A DNA stretch of 64,000 bases. It comes from an uncultured candidate division Zixibacteria bacterium. Lineage in GTDB: Bacteria; Zixibacteria; MSB-5A5; GN15; PGXB01. Within the stretch, counting starts at the first letter, position 1. Each line of letters starts with the position of its first letter. Under the pieces are notes generated by a model. It ran no database searches and had not been told where the DNA came from. It worked only from the letters and a program-made list of their open reading frames with translations. This document shows, piece after piece, positions 60,801-64,000 of the stretch. A program made the translations under genes and the position numbers. The stretch spans positions 160,001-224,000 of the forward strand of contig OY969724.1 of assembly GCA_963702205.1 (NCBI GenBank), given 5' to 3'.

Positions 60801-62410
60801 TCGACTGCCTGCTTCGCTTTGTTGATTGCGGCCTTCTCGGCTGCTTCGAGAGCTTCCTTTTTGACCTTTTCCGCCAGCTCCTCACCGGCCGTTTTTTCCA
60901 GCGCCTTGACGAGCTGCTGCTTGTTCTTGAGCGGACCGATGTGGTGTTTTTTCTTGGCGTCGATCAGGGACGCACCCTTGAGCCCCGCGTGATCCACGCC
61001 CGGCTCCAATTCGTCAAGCAGGTCGATCACGTCCTGTTTGGTCATGTTGAGGGAGACGCCCTTGGTTTTGGCCATCCCCTGGAGCTCGACCACGGTGAGG
61101 TCATGCAGTCCGCCGCTCGGCGGAATTTTCTTGAGCTGTTCTGCGAGTTGCTGCGCCTGCTTGAGCGACGCCTGTTTCTGCGCCAGGAGTTGGATCAGGT
61201 CGTTTTTGGTGCGGAGCAGGCCGATTTTATGTTCCTTGAGCTTGGCATCGAGTGCGGCTCCGGCAAGGGTGGAGTGGTCCACGCCCGGCTCCGCCGCGTC
61301 GAGCAGATGGATGAAGTCGGCTTTGGTCCGGGCGATGGAGACGCCGTTCTGCTTTGCCAGGGTCTGGAGTTGCTTCACGCTCAAAGTGTTCAGGTCGGCG
61401 ATCTGTCCACCCTCGAAGGCTGCTTTGAGCTTCGCTTCCTCGGCGGCCTTGGCCTTCGCCTGCTCTTCGATGGTCTGGGGCGGGATGATGCACGCGGCGG
61501 GTTCGTCCGCCGCCTTCGCCCCCAGCTCTCCTCCGCAGATCACCAGCGGCCACGCGACCACGCTCGTGCAGCGGCAGTTGGGATGGGCCGGCTGCTGCGG
61601 AAAACGGTTCGTGTCGAACACCTTGCCGTCCAGCGGCCCGCAGATCGGGCATACCCGCTCGTCCTCCATGGTCATCCATTCGAGTTTCCGGACTCCGACC
61701 TGGTCGTGGAACTTTATGCGCCCCTGGTTGTGGGCGCGCAGGACCTCTGTGCGGGCGATCACCTCCATGCGGTACTGAGCCTTGGTGAACACTTTGGAAC
61801 CGGCATAGCGGAAGGATTCCGGGTCTTTCACCACGCGCCCGAGGTCTCGGACGATGTCCTCCACGCCCTTGCCGGTGGCGATGCCGCCCATCACGACCCG
61901 CTTGATGCCGTCGGCCAGCTCGCGGTTGATGTCGCCGGCCAGGACCAGGTTGTAGTTGGTCATGAAATCGAGGGCATCGGTATCCACCAGGGTGAACACT
62001 CGAGTGGCGAGCTTGTCGATGCCCTCCGGGGTCAAGTCGCGGTAAAAGGGAAGCTGGGCCGCGGCGAACTCGTCGATGCCTCGGAAGATGCCCTGGCGGA
62101 AGGATGTTTTGGCCGTCTTCCGGAAAAGCAGCGTCTGCTCCCGATGCAGGCGGCTCGTGGTCTCCTGGATGTCGGCCTGGAGTTTTTTTAGACCTTCGAG
62201 GGCGGCCAGCTTGTTGTCGGGAAGGGAGCCGAGGCTCTTGTAGCGGAGAATGGCGCGGCGCACCTCCTCTTCGGCACCGGCAAGCATCCCGGTCAGCTCG
62301 GCGACGTTTTGCTCTGTGTAGAGATTTCGGGCGCGGACGCTCTTTTCCGTGGCCAGGCGGGTAGCCTCGGCTTGAGAGAGGGGACGTTTGGCCGCGAGCG
62401 CACCGATCAT
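57845..62410 (-). CDS. MuF (SPP1 gp7-like) minor head protein with HeH-like repeats, PI3K/HipA-like kinase and ART-like C-terminus
   Basis: IARTE..RA.N.G, DERVCPIC..LDG, PAHPNCRC; WLFKP...GEEAAY...DWLISNHDGH..Q...GIDKG; LHH...G.M.S...YFFT...NETIF; ATGA overlap with the portal stop. Confidence 0.88.
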   Translation of the reverse strand: MIGALAAKRPLSQAEATRLATEKSVRARNLYTEQNVAELTGMLAGAEEEVRRAILRYKSLGSLPDNKLAALEGLKKLQADIQETTSRLHREQTLLFRKTAKTSFRQGIFRGIDEFAAAQLPFYRDLTPEGIDKLATRVFTLVDTDALDFMTNYNLVLAGDINRELADGIKRVVMGGIATGKGVEDIVRDLGRVVKDPESFRYAGSKVFTKAQYRMEVIARTEVLRAHNQGRIKFHDQVGVRKLEWMTMEDERVCPICGPLDGKVFDTNRFPQQPAHPNCRCTSVVAWPLVICGGELGAKAADEPAACIIPPQTIEEQAKAKAAEEAKLKAAFEGGQIADLNTLSVKQLQTLAKQNGVSIARTKADFIHLLDAAEPGVDHSTLAGAALDAKLKEHKIGLLRTKNDLIQLLAQKQASLKQAQQLAEQLKKIPPSGGLHDLTVVELQGMAKTKGVSLNMTKQDVIDLLDELEPGVDHAGLKGASLIDAKKKHHIGPLKNKQQLVKALEKTAGEELAEKVKKEALEAAEKAAINKAKQAVEQTAAKVIVPDSPAGYADFLSAVKEAEAAMSASPSLPKEMLEGHAKELALKKKLFQDQVASMKVGDLKTLAKDTKLKHWQWANKDELVTLLTETDPAKIEAAKTGIETKHAAWLEKHGGKKKVAAPESAKPAPTPKPTPPSPPTFTKKGTQFEEADAAWIAKGKPGNFTSAGKAQVGGAHSKEFWTDEAGDRWLFKPVERAGDEFIAYGEEAAYKIGRLIDPDAVEVRTIRMTGRLGSIQKWRADLKDSFDFAGLDLSDLTTLDIEQIQREHVVDWLISNHDGHAKQFLRGRDGKVYGIDKGQIFKYLGEDRLAIDYHPNAKYGEQEPFYNTVFRAAKEGKVKVDPAATLRYIREVEKIADEDYLAILRPYAEGRFGRDESRKQAFYDTVLARKRNLRHDFENFYADALGRRDFRFEDVLEALPKTRLGPTEEALLEEVRSLGWQGKVLPFDEDDIEDQNALIFVETLKGKQRTVVKMKVRPEAEGKLLETLRKAGVDTAAARVGESLPQDVFAQDILSAVKTVNHHATDQQYNQGSLKKATEHLKALKRLADSADPDERAMARSYIDWIEKVQEAAREHKPVGGRFDAYLKKHAAPEKKSKDAPFTVRRTKVLQAKRELKNGELVVVDEAADNSALFRGRAMKAGEQYEIDFGDGTRAVYRPWSDKNLYAQQGEFELVLPDRPDAKSLERAMERMESLGIKAGAATPQDAELLYLHKQAYLAKVDREPDYKRLVEDLDRRAAGKEERVQEIRGFWEKRLEVKDITRMPGYDPMGEYQAAFKDPAKRAGYRHQYRFDISDADIEKQMKGYGLHHRLTNGEDAVSFIDAALGNNGAMVSTVEKLRAGVPVGGMSPEADMDTGGASYFFTRIKKLPTTGGSSDTGLYFKKRMLRRMDAISYDHDAFGRVRDEYVSNHRGSNPEEWKQFARRSGNETIFKYSVTLLDNIDVIVVGSEREKQRLLDVFRNRKIMKLPDGRKVEDIVLVR

Positions 62411-64000
62411 CCCCCGCACTCCCGGCACGCCGCCTGCCGAGACGCCGGTTCTTCCTTCCGGTCAGGGCCGTGTTCCATCGCGGGGGACTTCGGGTCGAAG
62501 AAGCGGCAGACCGGGGTGTCGAAGGTGGTTTCGCTGCGCTGGACCCGGCAGTGGTTGTGCTCGCTGTCGAAATGCGCGCAGTCGTCACAGACGGCGGCGG
62601 TAATGCCTGCACGGGCGAATGGTCCCGCCCACGATGCCTCGGCGCGGCTTCCCGTCGGGTTCTTCGCAGGATCGAGACCGAGCATTTCCTGCGCCGTTTC
62701 GACGCCCATGATCCCGGCGGTCACCATGTCGACGATGGGCTTGATCTGCTTTTCGTCGAGCATATCCACCGAACGCTTTTCGGTTTCCCGATTGGCGGAC
62801 TCGATGTCCGGGTCGAGGTCCATCTTCAGTTGCAGGCTCGACCGGCTGATGAGCTTGCGGTCGTAGAGTTCGATGAGCAGCCGCTTGAAATCGACCGCGT
62901 CCGACGGGTCGAGGTCGTTGAACAAAAACTGGAGTGTCTTGTCCTCCCAGCCCTTGAGCTCCAGCCAGTCGTTGAATATCCAGTTCAGAATGATCCGGGC
63001 GGCCTGTTTGATCTCCCTGATCATCACCAGCATCTTCTGGAGGCTCACCGATGCCGTGGCGAAGTTCGGGCCGTCGCCGGTCACCAGCGACCGCGAGAGC
63101 CCCATCGCCACGACGATGTCCTCTTTCACTTCCTTGACCTTATCCTCGACGTTGAGGACCTGCCCCTCGGTGCCGTGGGTCTCGACCGTGACGTAGAAGG
63201 GCACGACCAGGCCGCTCTTGAGGTCCATCTTGTTGACCATGTCTCGGACCTGTTCGAGCATCTTCTGGTCGGGCATGACCATCTTTTGGCCGAACGCGCC
63301 GCCGACCTTGAGTAGTCTGAAAGGCGTGGCCCAGCGTTTGGCGATGGCCTGCTCGGCCCGGCGGTAGTCACGCAGGAGTTCGATGGACTGGAAAGCGGGA
63401 AGGACGAGCGAGTTGCCCCGTGGAGAGAAGGCCGGCGCATCCCACTTGAGATGGAGAACCTGCTCCACGGGCAGGTCCAGCCCCTCGTCGGCGGCGGGAT
63501 TGTCTTCCGGCGTCTGCCGGGCTTCGACGAGCCGCCCTTGAGCGTACTTGACCTTGACCGAAACAGGGTTGACGCAGACCAATTCCTCCAGGTCCTTGCC
63601 ATCCTTGGTGTAGCGTTTGAAGCCGACGGCGTCGCCCTTGACCAGGAGCTGGAGGACCATATCCTTGACGAACTCGGAGATGCTCAGCCGGTCGACGAGG
63701 TCGACGGCCTCCCACTTTACCTTCTCGTCGTCGCCCGCGATCTTGATCTCGTCGCCCACGGCGAAAGTGCGCCAGGAGTTGACGCAGTTCTTCACCAGCG
63801 GCTCTTCGAGGTAATACTCCCAGGCCTTGCGCGCCCGGTCCTCCCAGGAAGCCGGGATCGCTTCGGAGGCGTTGACCTTGCTGAACACGGACGGGTCCAA
63901 GGCCGCGGCGGCGGCAAGCGGGACGAGCACCAGACCGTCCGCCTGCAACGGCGGCGTCTCAGTGCCCGATACGGAGGTCGGGCTGTCGGGTGTCGGATTG
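62407..64000 (-). CDS. Phage portal protein, 5' end probably beyond the window
   Basis: Frame open from the right edge; EPLV..C, L.V.GDA, VNP..V, V.HLK.......RG.S; upstream of MuF. Confidence 0.85.
   Translation of the reverse strand, partial: NPTPDSPTSVSGTETPPLQADGLVLVPLAAAAALDPSVFSKVNASEAIPASWEDRARKAWEYYLEEPLVKNCVNSWRTFAVGDEIKIAGDDEKVKWEAVDLVDRLSISEFVKDMVLQLLVKGDAVGFKRYTKDGKDLEELVCVNPVSVKVKYAQGRLVEARQTPEDNPAADEGLDLPVEQVLHLKWDAPAFSPRGNSLVLPAFQSIELLRDYRRAEQAIAKRWATPFRLLKVGGAFGQKMVMPDQKMLEQVRDMVNKMDLKSGLVVPFYVTVETHGTEGQVLNVEDKVKEVKEDIVVAMGLSRSLVTGDGPNFATASVSLQKMLVMIREIKQAARIILNWIFNDWLELKGWEDKTLQFLFNDLDPSDAVDFKRLLIELYDRKLISRSSLQLKMDLDPDIESANRETEKRSVDMLDEKQIKPIVDMVTAGIMGVETAQEMLGLDPAKNPTGSRAEASWAGPFARAGITAAVCDDCAHFDSEHNHCRVQRSETTFDTPVCRFFDPKSPAMEHGPDRKEEPASRQAACRECGG

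Larger units (their letters stand above)
20676..64000 (-). mobile_element. Prophage (myovirus-type) late region plus accessory module; continues past the right edge, left boundary undetermined
   Basis: Co-oriented portal, MuF, protease/scaffold, capsid, neck, sheath, tube, tape measure, baseplate, lysis and fibre genes; no att or integrase seen. Confidence 0.9.

Noticed and set aside
1..64000. Long plus-strand ORFs (e.g. 2688..4145, 30216..31880, 47707..49185, 58361..60706)
   Set aside because: Antisense shadows of well-supported minus-strand genes in high-GC DNA; no recognisable motifs

Overview
High-GC window in which every supported gene lies on the minus strand; the many plus-strand ORFs are shadows. 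Read in transcription direction (right to left) it has four blocks. (1) ~64000-23739: head, tail and lysis genes of a myovirus-type prophage with a T4/eCIS-like contractile tail. Two head genes are unusual: a 1521-aa MuF minor head protein carrying a PI3K/HipA-like kinase and a DarT-like ADP-ribosyltransferase candidate, followed by two small possible immunity genes; and a 1287-aa protein fusing two tandem DNA adenine methyltransferases to the prohead protease and a nested scaffold. A four-copy CCGACA-N14-CCGGTARGTA motif (putative late promoter) and a P2-type -1 frameshift site in the tail chaperone are visible. (2) 23525-20676: amidoligase/DUF5049/class II glutamine amidotransferase/gamma-glutamylcyclotransferase module. 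(3) 20551-9030: HTH-led type I R-M operon with interleaved cargo (NucS-like nuclease, two DUF488, dual-OB protein, SF2 helicase, small Cys-rich protein). (4) 9023-1: sigma54-type response regulator, a complete -24/-12 promoter with paired enhancer palindromes, histidine kinase, two micro-peptides and kdpABC-kdpD. About eleven single-base frameshifts, nine in the left 11 kb, are probably assembly errors. No terminase, integrase, att site, RNA gene or CRISPR array was found. Family assignments come from motif recognition, not database searches.
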